From Eledone cirrhosa (lineage: Eukaryota), in assembly GCA_964016885.1 (NCBI GenBank), contig OZ024742.1, forward strand, positions 59,520,001 to 59,584,000: 64,000 nt of DNA, in the 5' to 3' direction. The position numbers were made by a program, and so were the translations under genes. Position 1 is the first letter of the stretch, and each line of letters starts with the position of its first letter. Positions 1-14,244 of this stretch are shown piece by piece. The notes beneath the pieces are model-generated. The model did no database searches. It was not told the DNA's origin and was given only the letters and a program-made list of their open reading frames with translations.

Positions 1-9
1 CTATGCACC

Positions 10-1109
10 GTGTCTTATCGAACAATTAATATAAAATGGCGCCGAGTGGGACGGGCATCCGAGTCCCAAATCCAAAAAGCTTGGGGACATGTGTGGGCAA
101 AAAAAACCCACATTGGACGTGGGCAGAAGTATGGAACCGTGGACGTGTTCTTTGAAAGACCACAGGAGGCCAGAGAACACTCCATGGGCCCATTAAGAAG
201 TTACGACTTCACACTCGTCCCAAGCGATTGTGGCCAGAGACTCGTAAAGATCCGGGTCACCGACGTTCCACCGGCCATCGAAATTCCCTGGCTAATAGCT
301 GCCGTCCTCGCCGGTATCGAAGCGAACACCAAGATAATCGGAATAGCGAAATAAAAGCAGAAGAACTGGTCTGGATCTGGGATGGAGCTCCTGATCCTAG
401 CGGACCAAAAAAGCATTGAGGAGATCCAAGAGGTAATAGACCTCATTGACGGCAGAAATCTCACCGTAATTGTCGAGGGCAGAAGGCCTAGGTGTGTCGT
501 TTGTGGTGAAGGAACCCACCTAAGGGCTTTCTGCCCTCAGGGTAAAAGGTTGAGGTCACATCTCCTACCCACCCTAGTGACTCAACCATCAACACCACCA
601 GCAACAAAGATGGCAGCAACAACAGAAGCAACTGTAACAGCAACAACCCCAGCAACAGTAGCAAAACCAACACCACCACGACCCAACGCACCAGAACTAG
701 CACCAGCGCCTACACCATCCACCACGCCACAAACAAAACTAACGCCTGTGGAGGATTTTCCACTCCCCGACCTATCACAACTGGAGACAGATTGTGACGA
801 CTAGGAGTGGGAAACGGTATCAGGAAAAAAGAAAAAAAGAACCCCAAAAAGAAAAAAATTCTCTTCCTTCCCCCTCCAAAAACAAAATACAGAGGGAAAC
901 AAATAAACTATCAAACAAAAAAGTTAGGACAGATATGCCACCATCCTCACCAGCATCACAGAAAAAGACTACACAACAACCCAAAAGTTCGCACCACCTC
1001 CACACATACAAATCACTCGCATCACACAGAAAACGTACATGACACTAAAACAAAAATTCCCCAAAGACATCGGAGACTTCCGACAAACACTCTCCAGGAG
1101 GATTTATAA
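10..1109 (+). pseudogene. LINE ORF1 (gag-like CCHC knuckle, Pro/Thr-rich linker, basic tail)
   Basis: ORFs 10..354 and 382..804 share a frame, split by TAA; CVVCGEGTHLRAFC fits CX2CX4HX4C; the frame continues past TAG 802 as EWETVSGKRKKE. Confidence 0.8.
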
Positions 1110-1189
1110 GGACATCCTTCCTGAGGAGGCCACAAACAGTGAAAAGGATGGAGAAACCGTCCTTCCTCTACGAGAAGTAAGGTAAGTGG

Positions 1190-4100
1190 TCTTTGTGGCT
1201 TGGGGTCGTCATGGAAGCAGGGCCACCTGCTCAATGACCCCAGGTCACTAGACATAGATGTAGTGGCCATCAGCGAGACCAGAATCTCCGAAGCACGGGC
1301 CTTCGCACCGATCTTCGGCGGCTACGATGTCTACGCATCACCCAGCCGTCCGGGATCGGGCGGGGGGGGGAGTGAGTTGCTGTGCTTTTTCGAAGAGCTT
1401 TGGATCTCGCCATACGGGCCATCTTCCTGGAGCCAGAAGGTAAGTTGGTCGTGCTGGACGGGCAAGCTTTCAGGCTAGTGGCCGTCTATGCCCCGACAGG
1501 AGCAGGGCGGCCTGATTTCTTCCGGCATCTGAAGACCTTTCTTGGAACGTGCCGCTCTTTAGTGTTAGTGGGCGACTGGAACGGGATCTTAGATGCACGC
1601 TGGGACTGTGTGGGATTAGTGGATAGGGGAGGAGGGTGCAAGAGTCTCACCAACCTGCTCAGGCGTTTTGACCTGTCTGACAGGTACCGATTGGATTTCC
1701 CGAATGTGCCAATGTGGACAAATCTCATAGGCTCATCCAGATCATATCTAGATAGAGTATTTTGTAGGGAAATAGATAGTCTAGTCTAGGCTGTCTATAA
1801 TTCAATATAGTCAGCTACACGGACCACAAATTCGTGATCTGTGTGCTTGACTTAGATAGGCTTCATAGACGAGGACCCGGCTACTGGAAGCTAAACGCGT
1901 CCTTACCAGCGCGTAAGGCTTACAGAGACCGGATTAGCGAACTAGTTAAGCGAGCGTTGACGGGGCCGTGGTGGTTTGCTCTGAAAAGAACAATTAGAAT
2001 AGAGTCCATTAGGTTTAGTAAGGCTTTAGCAATAGAGAAAAATAGAACAGAGGGAGAAATAGTTAAACAATTAGACGAGGCGCTTAGCAAAGGCATGGCG
2101 ACCGACGTACTTGCGGCTAAATTGGCCCTTGACCAATTTTTCAATGCAAAGCACGAAGGCTGCTTTGTCAGAGCTAGGGTGCGTGCTCTCAGACACGAGG
2201 GGACGAAAGCCGTTCAATGGGCCCGAGTGGCGGCGGCGCGTCGTGGCATCAAAGCCACGATCCGGTCTTTGGTGGACCACGACAGGCGCATTCTACTCGA
2301 TCTCGGGTAAATGTGTGAAGCTTTTCAGCGACACTTCGCACAGCTGTTCGGGGGCAGCGGCGGGCCGTTTCGAGGGATTGACTTTAGTGTCTACCACGAC
2401 GGACTGCTGCGGCTCTCGGCCACTGAGGCGGTGTGTTGCGAAAAGCCGATAACAGCCGCTGAAGTACGGGTGGCAATGACTGGCTGCACAAGGGGTAAAT
2501 CGCTTGGTTTGGATGGTCTGCCATATGAACTTTACGTACAGATGCCAGACTTGTTCGGAGGCCTCTTGGCGGACGTCTACTGCAACTGGCAACAGAACGG
2601 GAGAATTCCCAGCTCTGAAAGCCGAGAAGCTGTGGCGCTGCTGAGAAAGGATCCAAATAAGTAGGATAACATAGATAATTTCAGGCCCATAACTCTGCTA
2701 AACACAGAGTTCAAGATTTTGGCCAAGGTGCTTGCAAAGAGGTTGGCGCTTGTCGTTGGTGGTCTGGTGGTAGAGGCGCAGACGTGCGCCATTCCCGACA
2801 GATCCATCCACGACAACCTCCACCTCATGCGATACATCGTAGAGAGGGTAGCTAGGGAACCTGGCACTGGTGGGTGCTTGATCAATTTAGATCAGTCGAA
2901 AGCTTTCGATAGGGTCGACCATCGTTACCTAGCGGCAGTCCTGAGGGCGGCTGGCTTTGGGCCCGTCTTCAGAGGCTAGATTGCTACCATGCACAGCGAC
3001 ATCTGCTCTGTGGTGAGAGTGAACGGTCACCTTTCGGAACCGTTCAACATCATGCGCTCGGTCCGCCAAGGATGTCCCCTCTCGTCCCTCTTGTACGTAT
3101 TGACTCCCGAGCCATTACTGCACAAACTGGAGACGTTGAGGGGTGTCCAGCGCGAACTAGGATGCGGAAGATCCGTGTCAGCATATGCAGACGATGTCAC
3201 CGTAGTAGTGTCGAACGCCAAACACATCGAGGCGATCGGCACTACACTAAGAGCATACGAAGCGGTGACAGGAGCAATGATCAACCAGGAAAAGTCAGTG
3301 GGTCTGCAGCTCGGCACCTGGAGAGGCAGGTCCATGCTGTCCAACAGCGTCGTCGGGCGCTGGACTGACGGACCGGTTAAATTGCTAGGGATCTGGTTCG
3401 GTCCGGACCTCCAGACGGACAAAAACTGGGACAAGGTGACGAGCAGGGTGGCTTCTTTCACCCAGAAATGGGCGGAGAGGAAGCTATCCCTGAAAGGTCG
3501 AGCGGAGGTGGCTAACGCGTACATCGCGTCCGTCATCTACTACCGCCTGACCGTCGTACCTTGTCCTAAGCCCCGCCTGACTGCGCTGGAGCGTTTGCTC
3601 TTTTGCTTTTTGTTGAAGGGACGCGCTCCGATGGTCAGGCCGTCCATCTGCTCTCAACACCCGCTACGTGGAGGGCTGGGCATGCCGTGGCTGATGATGC
3701 GCAGACACGCACTCAGGCTACGACATCTCCACCTCTTCCTCGACGGTGATCAGGTGTGGTCGCCGTTTGCTATACACGTCTTTCCCCAGCTCGTTTCCTT
3801 GACGGAGCTGCAGTCCTGGGTCAAGCGAAGACCGAGAGGGAGCGCTTGGAGACTGGAATGTCTTCAGGCGCTCACAGCCCTCGACCAATCGGCAATGTGA
3901 TCGGTGGAAACTCCACCTTGGCGTTCTATAGAGCATTAGTGACTTGTGGGTTTATGTCGAACACCTGCTGTCACGTGTAGGACGGATCCAGCTATCAGCT
4001 GAGTCAATCGTGACGATTTCCCCGCCCTCTTCCTTTAGCCGGGAAGGGCAGGCAGTTTTTATCTGTCTGGTGGCCATGGCGAAAGAGATAGTATGGTGGA

Positions 4101-4291
4101 CACGTTTGAAAGGGCTGAAGACGAGCACTTACCTCTTCGGTGATGCCCTGATTAACTTTTTCAAATTTCATTTGAAAAGGAAAATCAGGGTAGAGAGGGA
4201 AGTGCTCTCTTCCCAGCATTTTGTTGAAAGATGGGTGAAAGAAACAAGTATGGCCCGTGTGAATGGGCCTTCTCTGAGTATGTGTCTGTAA
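1190..4291 (+). pseudogene. LINE ORF2: APE endonuclease + reverse transcriptase, disrupted
   Basis: APE motifs VVAISETR, VAVYAP, LVGDWN, YLDRVF, YTDHK, GYWKLN; RT motifs NFRPITLLNTEFKILAK, LDQSKAFDRVDH, SVRQGCPLS, YADD; stops at 2308, 2662, 2977. Confidence 0.93.
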
Positions 4292-4524
4292 ATTAAAGGT
4301 GGAAAACTGGGAGAGGGCACTTGCCCTGGTGGTCAGGTTCACTGGCCTTTTAATTGGCTTTCTCCACAAATGTCCCTCGGAAGTCTCCACCCTATTTTTC
4401 ATTGTTATTCTTTTACATCCTCTGTTTTTTTTATACGCAGAAATGCCCATTTGTACCGTCCTGTATTGTCTTGTACTGTCCTTAATGTCTACTTTATGTA
4501 AACCCTTGTGGTTAATAAAGAAAG

Positions 4525-4525
<1 letters not shown>

Positions 4526-4587
<62 letters not shown>
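4526..4587 (+). repeat. (TTA)n microsatellite at LINE 3' end
   Basis: About 20 perfect ATT/TTA units directly after AATAAAGAAAGC. Confidence 0.95.
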
Positions 4588-4593
<6 letters not shown>

Positions 4594-5025
4594 TCTATTC
4601 TAGGGCGGGTAAAATTCCCGAGATCCATGGACGAGTTCTGTCCAGCGGTCTCTGTCCCTCATTATCGCTGGCATGTCCTGCGTCTCCAACAGACCAGTGC
4701 CTGTCCTTAGGGCATCAATATACGTTAACCTTGGTCTTCCGCTTCCAGTGTGTCCATGTAGGGGCTCCTACAGGAGCACTAAGTGCAATGTCACCTCTGG
4801 ATGTCAGTGAGCATGTCCAGCTAACCTCGGTCTTCTCTGTGTCACCTTTGAGCTGACTTTTGGGAGGCTCCCATACACACACACTATATTCTATATATAC
4901 ATACACACACATATGTGTGTGTGTGTATGTATATATAGAATATAGAATTTTGTGTTGGCGCTCCGAAATAGCGATGTATATATGAATGTATGTATTGTAT
5001 ATTCGAAAGGATGAATGGTAGAGTT

Positions 5026-5124
5026 GCCTCAGGCGGGATTTGAACTCCGAAAGCAGAGAGCCGGAACCAATACCACAAACCATTTAATCCTGCGTTATAA
5101 CGACTCTGTCAATTCATCGCCTTC
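5026..5124 (-). mobile_element. tRNA-derived SINE head (family A)
   Basis: Reverse complement has an A-box-like TGACAGAGTCGTTA and B box GAGTTCAAATCC; many related copies in the window. Confidence 0.7.
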
Positions 5125-6327
5125 ATACATATACATACTTATACATAGATGCATACATACATAGACATACATACTTATATATACATACACATACATACTT
5201 ATACATACATACAGATATGTATACATACATACATATACATACATACCTATACGTACATACATATCCATATATACATATATATATACATACATAGATGTAG
5301 ATAGATAGATAGAGAGATTTGGCCCGAAATGGTGCTGATGTTAATTTTTTAAATATGTATTTTTTAAAAGCTTCGTACGATTTTAAAAGCTTACTTCTCG
5401 ATAGCGTGGAAAGTCCATAAGTTTGGTTGTGGATCAAACCACAGATTACGCAGCACCAGCCTGAAATGCCTCATGCTGGAAAACTCCTGCACAGCATTGG
5501 ACTTGACGACCCAATACGTGTGTGGTACTATATTGTATCGACCCCCAGAAGGAGAAAGTTGAAACTGTAAACCTTTAAGAAATATTACAAATCCTTTTCT
5601 TCGCTATTTAATGATTCTATCAATCTTAACCCACTCTTACACTTACACTAACAAAGACAATTCACTAATTTGTGGATATTTACTTTGTATGTACACTTCT
5701 CTGCTTAGCTTCACGCCAAAAGTTTTAAATGTATTTAACGACAAAAGAAAGCTGAAGTCGATTGTACAATTCATTCAATCACTATAACAGTCATTACTCT
5801 GACAAGATGTCCACTATTTTCATTTAATTACACTTATTATGGAAGTTTAATGCCATACTATCGACAAGCACAGTCTAATTAAGCGAGGTATATTGGAAAA
5901 ACAGTTAACTACAATAAAAATACCAATATATTGCTGTTTGATTTTTTGTGTTTGTTCTTTGATCTTAATCTACAACTGGACGAGTGTTTGCTAATTGAAG
6001 AGGTGGAGAAATAGATTTTAAAGATATTATACGTTGATAGCTAAAAGGAATTTCGTGATAAATTATGTATGTATGCATAATAATGAATAAGGAAATATTT
6101 TATTTATTTTTTGCTGTTGTTTGAAATATTCAAAGAGATTTATAATCATGCCGATGTTATTAAACATTGTAAAATATTGTTTTTGGTTAACATGAAAGAA
6201 TATTATAATCGATGATGTGTGAATGATGAAAAGCATGTGTTAAATGGGTCGCAATTTGGATTGATATTAGAGATAAGATATATAGATTATTTTGTTGGTG
6301 CTAGCTTCCACTATACATACATCGTTT

Positions 6328-6406
<79 letters not shown>

Positions 6407-6810
6407 AGATTTTACGATGGATCATCACTTTTTTCGACGATTAACATTCAATTGCTTAATCATATTGAAGGTCCAATACTTCGATTAACTAGGAAGCGGT
6501 TGAGTATTCCACAAATCTCGTCTGCTATGAGAATAGATGTGAAAAGGCTGGATCATTGCATTACCCGCACAACATGTCCAAATTGGTTCCACTCATTTTC
6601 CACCTACCCAATTATTACACTGGTCAGCCCAAGAATATATTAAAGTCACTTTGCAAAATGAACTGCTTAATTACCCATTATAGAATGCTTCCCCATCAGG
6701 GACTCTCAAGATGCCGAAAAGATAACGACAGCATTTCTATGTAGGATTCATCATAATAAATATCCAACAATGGTGTACGCGTCTCCGGCAAGCCGAAACT
6801 GTTAGTGTAG

Positions 6811-6842
<32 letters not shown>

Positions 6843-6859
6843 CTACACTAACAGTTCGA

Positions 6860-6975
6860 TTGACGCAACCTCAAGCGATTAGCGAACTCTAGACACACCT
6901 AATCAACGAGTCAATTGTCAGTACTTTAAATAAATTGTACAGCCAACCACGTTACTCTTCTTCCTTTAACTTTTA
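6860..6975 (+). mobile_element. 5'-truncated PLE terminal-repeat module with 3' half of a decayed HHR
   Basis: Aligns by eye to 14747-14865; GAAAC mutated to GAGTC, followed by AATTGTCAGTAC. Confidence 0.7.
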
Positions 6976-7109
6976 CACACACACACACACATACATGTAT
7001 ATATATATATATATAAGGAACGATCGACTTTCGTCAAATCGGACCGAGGGAACAATGTTTCCGTTGGTCTTTCCAATTGCTAATACTATCTATCGGTCGC
7101 AACTCCAGG

Positions 7110-7391
<282 letters not shown>

Positions 7392-7400
7392 ATGTATATA

Positions 7401-7442
<42 letters not shown>

Positions 7443-7488
7443 TAAACAAATAATGAACAAACAATTCCTTATATTAAACAAAAAAAGT

Positions 7489-7640
7489 TCATTATTTAAC
7501 GATCGTTTCTAGGATATATATGTGTTAGAATTGGTATGCATATTCAACAGATCTATGTACAAAATTATACAAAATTATACAAATTATCAAGATTAAATAT
7601 ACATACCAACACATATATACGCCGTCTTCAGAAATAATGA
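7489..7640 (-). ncRNA. Type I hammerhead ribozyme with ~115-nt stem-II domain
   Basis: Minus strand: tcattattt-CTGAAGA-[long hairpin]-GAAAC-gatc-GTT-aaataatga; 9-bp perfect stem I, palindromic stem III. Confidence 0.8.
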
Positions 7641-8289
7641 AGTATATTTATTGATAATAACAACAATTCAAAATTTCAGGTCCGTTTGGGAACAAAATTG
7701 ACCAATGAAAACACAAAGGGTTAAATGCAGTTCGGTGTGTGTATATACATGTAAAACCCTTACACATATTTTACAAAAATGTATGTATAATTTGTATACG
7801 CATACTAAAAGGATGGATGCAAATACAAAATTTCAAGGTTAATGTCTCTGTAAGTTTATAATGCACAGATAAGATGCGTATTGACACAAGTATGAAATTA
7901 AGTATATAAATATATCTTTTCATACTCACACATATCCGTACAATCACACATACACGCGCGTATATGCATAAATATACACATAACCACGAACATACAAACA
8001 CACACACACCCCCACTCACATTTATATATGTGGATATAAAATCATAAGCACATGGATATTAATTCACTCACATAAAACACTGGCACACACATTTTTAGAT
8101 CAAGATACAGAAATTAGGTGGGAGGGGGGGGGGGGAGAGGTCAGTATTCAACGGTCTGAGCAGACTGCCTAATATAGATGTATCTATAAGCTAAGAAAAT
8201 AAAAAATAATAAATAAACATTAAAGAGGAAAGAATAGAAAGAAAAAAGAAAAAAGAAAAAAGAAAAAAGAAAAAAGAAAAAAGAAATAT

Positions 8290-8552
8290 ATCAAGAAAAT
8301 ATATATATATATATATATATACATATATATACACATACATATATATATATATATATACACACACATATATATATAATATACATATATATACATATAGACA
8401 CACACATACACATACATAAATATACACACATATACAAACACATACATACATATACACACATCCACACTAAGAACATACATACACACACATATATAAACAT
8501 ATACATATACACACATACATACATATACACATATACATACAAATACACATAC

Positions 8553-8595
<43 letters not shown>

Positions 8596-8911
8596 TATGT
8601 ATATACACGTACATATACACACACATATACATATAATCACACATACTATATAGACACACATATATATAACCACACACATACATGCACATATACAACACTT
8701 ACATACTAATATACATACAGATATACACATACATAGCTATATATACACACAAATATATACAGACTTACATATATACATACAGACAAATACTTACGCATCT
8801 ATATATCGGTATATACATACAAACACCACTACACTATCACACAACTTAGAAATACAAAGAGAAAGGTATATAACTATACACACATACATATACAAATAGA
8901 AAAACATATAG

Positions 8912-8942
<31 letters not shown>

Positions 8943-9225
8943 TATATATATACATATATATATATAACATATATATATATATATATATACACATACATAT
9001 AGACATACACACACATACACATACACACACATACATACATGTACACACACATAGAAATATATACGCATACACACATACACACATACATATAAAGTCATAC
9101 ACACACAAACACCTACACGAACATACACATACACATATATAAAGATATATATACACACACACACACACACAACACATACACACATACACATATATATATA
9201 AAAAATAAATAATAAAGATATATAC

Positions 9226-9320
<95 letters not shown>

Positions 9321-9683
9321 CATATATATATACATACACATACATACACACATACATAGACATACATGTACATACATACACGTACATCGATATACATACA
9401 TATATATATATACACACATAGACATATACATACATACACACACAACTTACATACACACATATATATACACATGTATATTCATACATAGAATTAGATATAT
9501 AATCATACATACATATGCACTTACTTATACTCATATATACAAATACATACGCATCCATATATGCGTATATACATAAAAACACCACTACAACCTCACCTAA
9601 CTCAGACATACAAATAAAAATAAAAAGGCATATGTATATACATATATACACGCATTAATAGAGACATATATATACACATACAT

Positions 9684-9738
<55 letters not shown>

Positions 9739-9980
9739 CATACACTCATATATATATATATATAGATACCCACACACACATACCACCATAAATACACATA
9801 CAAACACCCACATATATATATATATACACACGTATATATATATATATATATACACACACATAAAAAACAGACATGCACATATATTTATATTTTTTTACAC
9901 TTATATATACACATATTATATACACATACACAACCTCACATATACACACATACACATAAGTTATATTATAATAATAAAAA

Positions 9981-10017
<37 letters not shown>

Positions 10018-10106
10018 CATATATATATATATATATATACATATAAACATACATATACATATATACACACATACGAATATAGACATATAATCACACATAG
10101 ACACCC

Positions 10107-10141
<35 letters not shown>

Positions 10142-10404
10142 TACATATACACAGACACATATACACACTCACATATATATGTGTGTGCACACACACATAT
10201 ATACACACATACACATATATACACATAAACACATATATGTGCATACATGCACACACACACACATATATCACATAGATACGAAGATAGACATATAAATAGA
10301 GAGACATACATATATATACAACACACATACACACACATACATACACACACATATACATATACATATATATATATATATATATATTTCTATATATACATAT
10401 ATAC

Positions 10405-10435
<31 letters not shown>

Positions 10436-10625
10436 CATACACATATACATACACACATTCACATACACATACATATATACATGCATATATACACATATAT
10501 ACATACATACACACACTCATATATACACTACAATCTTACATTCATATTTGCATGCGCATATATGTATTTTTATATTCAGATATAAATACCCAAACCTATA
10601 TAGACACCTACCTACATATATATTC
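8290..10625. repeat. Long compound (CA)/(TA) low-complexity tract
   Basis: About 2.3 kb of interrupted CA/TA dinucleotides; source of many spurious YI/CV ORFs. Confidence 0.95.
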
Positions 10626-11583
10626 ATACATACACGCTTACAAATACAGATGATAATAGTATGGGGGAAAGGGGGGGTTTGGAGAAGGGGATCATAGTAA
10701 ATATATGTTTCAAGAAACATAGAATATTTTCCGTATCTTGATCCAATGTATGTTTTTACATAGTTTCAGTGTTAGGAAATACAATAAACAAGAACTAAGG
10801 CAAAATCTATGCATCTCAAAATAAACAAGTATACCATTAATTATATGTTAACTAAACCAAAGATAGTTAACATATTGATTTCTAAGGTGTAAATTAGTTA
10901 GGTTTATAATATTTGAAGCAGAATTTTGAAGTTAAATAGTAGTAGAGTATTAATTATAGTATAACTAAATTAAAGTTAATAACGTTATGGTATCAATATT
11001 AGGAAATGAATTTAGTAATAGGGAAAAAACAAATAAAATAAAGTATTACATCGGTAGTAGAATATAAATTATAGGTTAACTAAATTAAAAATGATATATT
11101 TATTTCTATAGTATATGTTAATTAGGTATATAATACATAAAACAGATATTGTATTTTATCAATAGCATAATATAATTATATGCAAATAGACATCAAAATT
11201 AATACATATACATATACATATACATACACATACATATATACATATATATACACATATATATATATATATACATATATACACACATATATACACACACACA
11301 TACACATACACATATACATATACATATCTTTTTCAAAAAATTGCATAGAATATATTAACTAGGTATATATCCAAAACACATCCCATTCCATGATTACATG
11401 ACTTTCTGCAATTCGTCTGTATAAGGATACTAATTTTAAGCAAATTAAAATTAAATTTTTAGGTTGATTAAAATTAAAACCAAATTATAAATATATTTCT
11501 AAAATGTATATTAATTAGGTCTATAATACTAAAAATTATTTCTCTGTCATTGGATACACGATATTATTTTGCTATATTTTATC

Positions 11584-11616
<33 letters not shown>

Positions 11617-11798
11617 TTTAAATAAATTAAAATTAATCTATAAATTAAATTACTAAGTATATATTAGTAATATTTAAAGGTTTTTCACAATTTATGATTA
11701 CATAATAATTTATATTCTCATCTGTAATAAAATTTTAATTAAATTAAATTTATAGGTTAAATAACATTTAAATTAAATTAATTTCTAAAATAATGTTA

Positions 11799-13560
11799 TT
11801 AATTAGGTTTATAATATTTAAATGTTTTTTTTAGTTTATGATTACACGATATAATTAATTCCTGTCGTTTATTTAATAAGATATCCTTAGACTTCATTAT
11901 TTCAAATAGTTCTTGGGAACATAATCTACATTCATTTCTATTATTTTGATAAGGGGTGGCTCTTTTGAGCACACTCCAGGTCAAATCATATTCTATATTC
12001 TTATTTTTATAACTATTGATTTTTTCTGCTAGAGATGTTGTATTAGCCAGTGCGGCATTTTTAAAACTATGCTTGTGGGTATTAAACCTTGTCTTAAAAT
12101 TGTTAGAGGTAGCTCCTATATATGAGCAAATAGAATCTTTAGTTTTAACATTACATTTATAGACTATGTTGTTAACAAGACAATTCCCTTTTAATGGGCA
12201 GTTTGCTTTGTTTCTACAGTTACATCCTTTCGTTAATTCTGTATTTGAGGAGATATTATGGTTAATTTGATGTACTGGTGGTATACTTATGGTTTTCTTA
12301 CATTTATATGCATTATAGGCACTTATATTTTGTTTTATGTTATTTGTTGTAGAGTATGAGAATTTAACTGTAGACCTATTTAAGATTTGATGGTATTTGT
12401 GGTTTGGCGGGAAGTTTTTCTCAAGGATATAAAAAAATTTTTTAGCAATATTATCCTTAACTTGTAAATTAAAAGGAGCATTATACCAAGTAACCCGTCT
12501 ATTACGGTTTCTATGTTGTTTATTATTTTTATTATTTTTATAGGTTGTATCGTGATTTTTACTAGGAGGATTAATGTTAATGATCTCACCACAACTATTT
12601 TTAGTTATATTTGTAGATTTAGGAGTTTTATCCTTTTTATTAGGAGTTTTATTATTAATATTTATTAGAGTTGTATGATGAGTAGTTTTTTGAGAGTTAC
12701 TATACTTTATATTAGAAGGTTTGGTATTTTGGGGTATAGTGTGGGTGGCATTTAGGTGTGTACTTTTCATTTGGTGTTTGTTGGTAATATTATGTTGTAT
12801 GCTTTCAGTATTTTTAGTAGAAGGTATATACTCTAATCTATTTTTGTGGCCACTTCTATCCAGAGCTTCGTTATAGAAGGTCGCATTTTTATCAAATACA
12901 TCTTGGTTAGAAGAAAGGTTAGAAATTCTAAGTGATATATTATATGCAAGGTTTTTAAGGATAGATTTAGGGTGATTAGATTGTGAGTGTATGTAATGTA
13001 AGTTTTGGTTAGGTTTATGGTAAGGTTGGTATATACCCGTAGCTAAATCTAAAGTTATATCTAGGAAATTTACTACTTTACTTGTTTTTTCAAAAGTAAT
13101 ATTAAGATTATAATAGTCTTTAAGGAAAGTTCTAATATGTTTTTTGTTTTTTTTAATTTCTGAAAGGCTAAGTTTGTTAGAAAGAAGAAGACAGTCATCA
13201 CGATATAAACCACCTTTGAGGTGGGGAAAAGAGGCATTTATGTTGAAAAGGAGAAAGAGGCCCACACGATCAGTAATTTGGGCGGAATCGCTTGAACCCA
13301 TAGTAATATCAAAAAGATTACTATATGTGTTTCTGGTCCAGTATTCATTCTGAAATTCAATAAGTGTTAGTCTAGCATGTGTAATAATATTAATGTCATC
13401 CAAAGTTAAGTTAGATCTATTTTTAGCAAATATCAATGCTTTGTTCAGGAGTATAGGTGATATAGAAGAATAGTAATTATCTATATCAAATTGTAGGAAT
13501 GAAGCAGAAGATTTACACCTAATATTTTTAAACCAGTTAATTACCTGGGAGGTGTTTTCC

Positions 13561-13562
<2 letters not shown>
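11799..13562 (-). mobile_element. Penelope-like element ORF (RT + thumb + Cys linker + GIY-YIG), Naiad-like, 5'-truncated at (TA)n
   Basis: Frame stays open upstream of the called start: [24 protein letters not shown]; then FDITMGSSDSA, GLYRDDCL, VNFLDITLDL, CNCRNKANCPLKGNC, VYKC..YIGATSNNFKTRFNTH, CRLC. Clade assignment is from motif recall. Confidence 0.9.
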
Positions 13563-13623
<61 letters not shown>

Positions 13624-13632
13624 TATATACAT

Positions 13633-13743
<111 letters not shown>

Positions 13744-13805
13744 CTTATATATATAAAATAAAGTTAAATAAAAAGTCAAATGATTAACATTTAGCTTCGT
13801 TTATT

Positions 13806-13860
13806 ACTGCTATATACATTTCAGTGACAGCCATCTTTGGCTGTGACCTCTTCAGGCAGT
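13806..13860 (-). ncRNA. Type I hammerhead ribozyme in a PLE terminal-repeat module (13757-13978)
   Basis: Minus strand: actgc-CTGAAGA-ggtcacagcca aaga tggctgtcact-GAAA-tgtat-ATA-gcagt; intact core, perfect stem I. Confidence 0.85.
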
Positions 13861-13975
13861 TTGAATTAGTATGGTATAGACAAGTACATATGTTGTTGAG
13901 GTGTATAATATTGTCAATACTCTGATATGCCCAGTTCCTGGTTGGGTTGTTATTTCACTGAGGAACTGGAATCTA

Positions 13976-14105
<130 letters not shown>

Positions 14106-14115
14106 CATACTTATA

Positions 14116-14152
<37 letters not shown>

Positions 14153-14156
14153 ACTT

Positions 14157-14217
<61 letters not shown>

Positions 14218-14244
14218 CTTATACATATATATATTTATATATAT

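Larger units (their letters stand above)
1..4525 (+). mobile_element. Degenerate near-full-length Tx1/L1-clade non-LTR retrotransposon (ORF1 + APE-RT ORF2 + 3'UTR)
   Basis: ORF1 with zinc knuckle, then APE endonuclease and RT motifs in order; AATAAA at 4514 followed by (TTA)n; several premature stops and frameshifts. Confidence 0.93.

Noticed and set aside
11799-13562. Selenoprotein-type Naiad element (UGA recoding)
   Set aside because: The retained ORF is open with ordinary Cys codons and no in-frame TGA; no SECIS recognised by eye.
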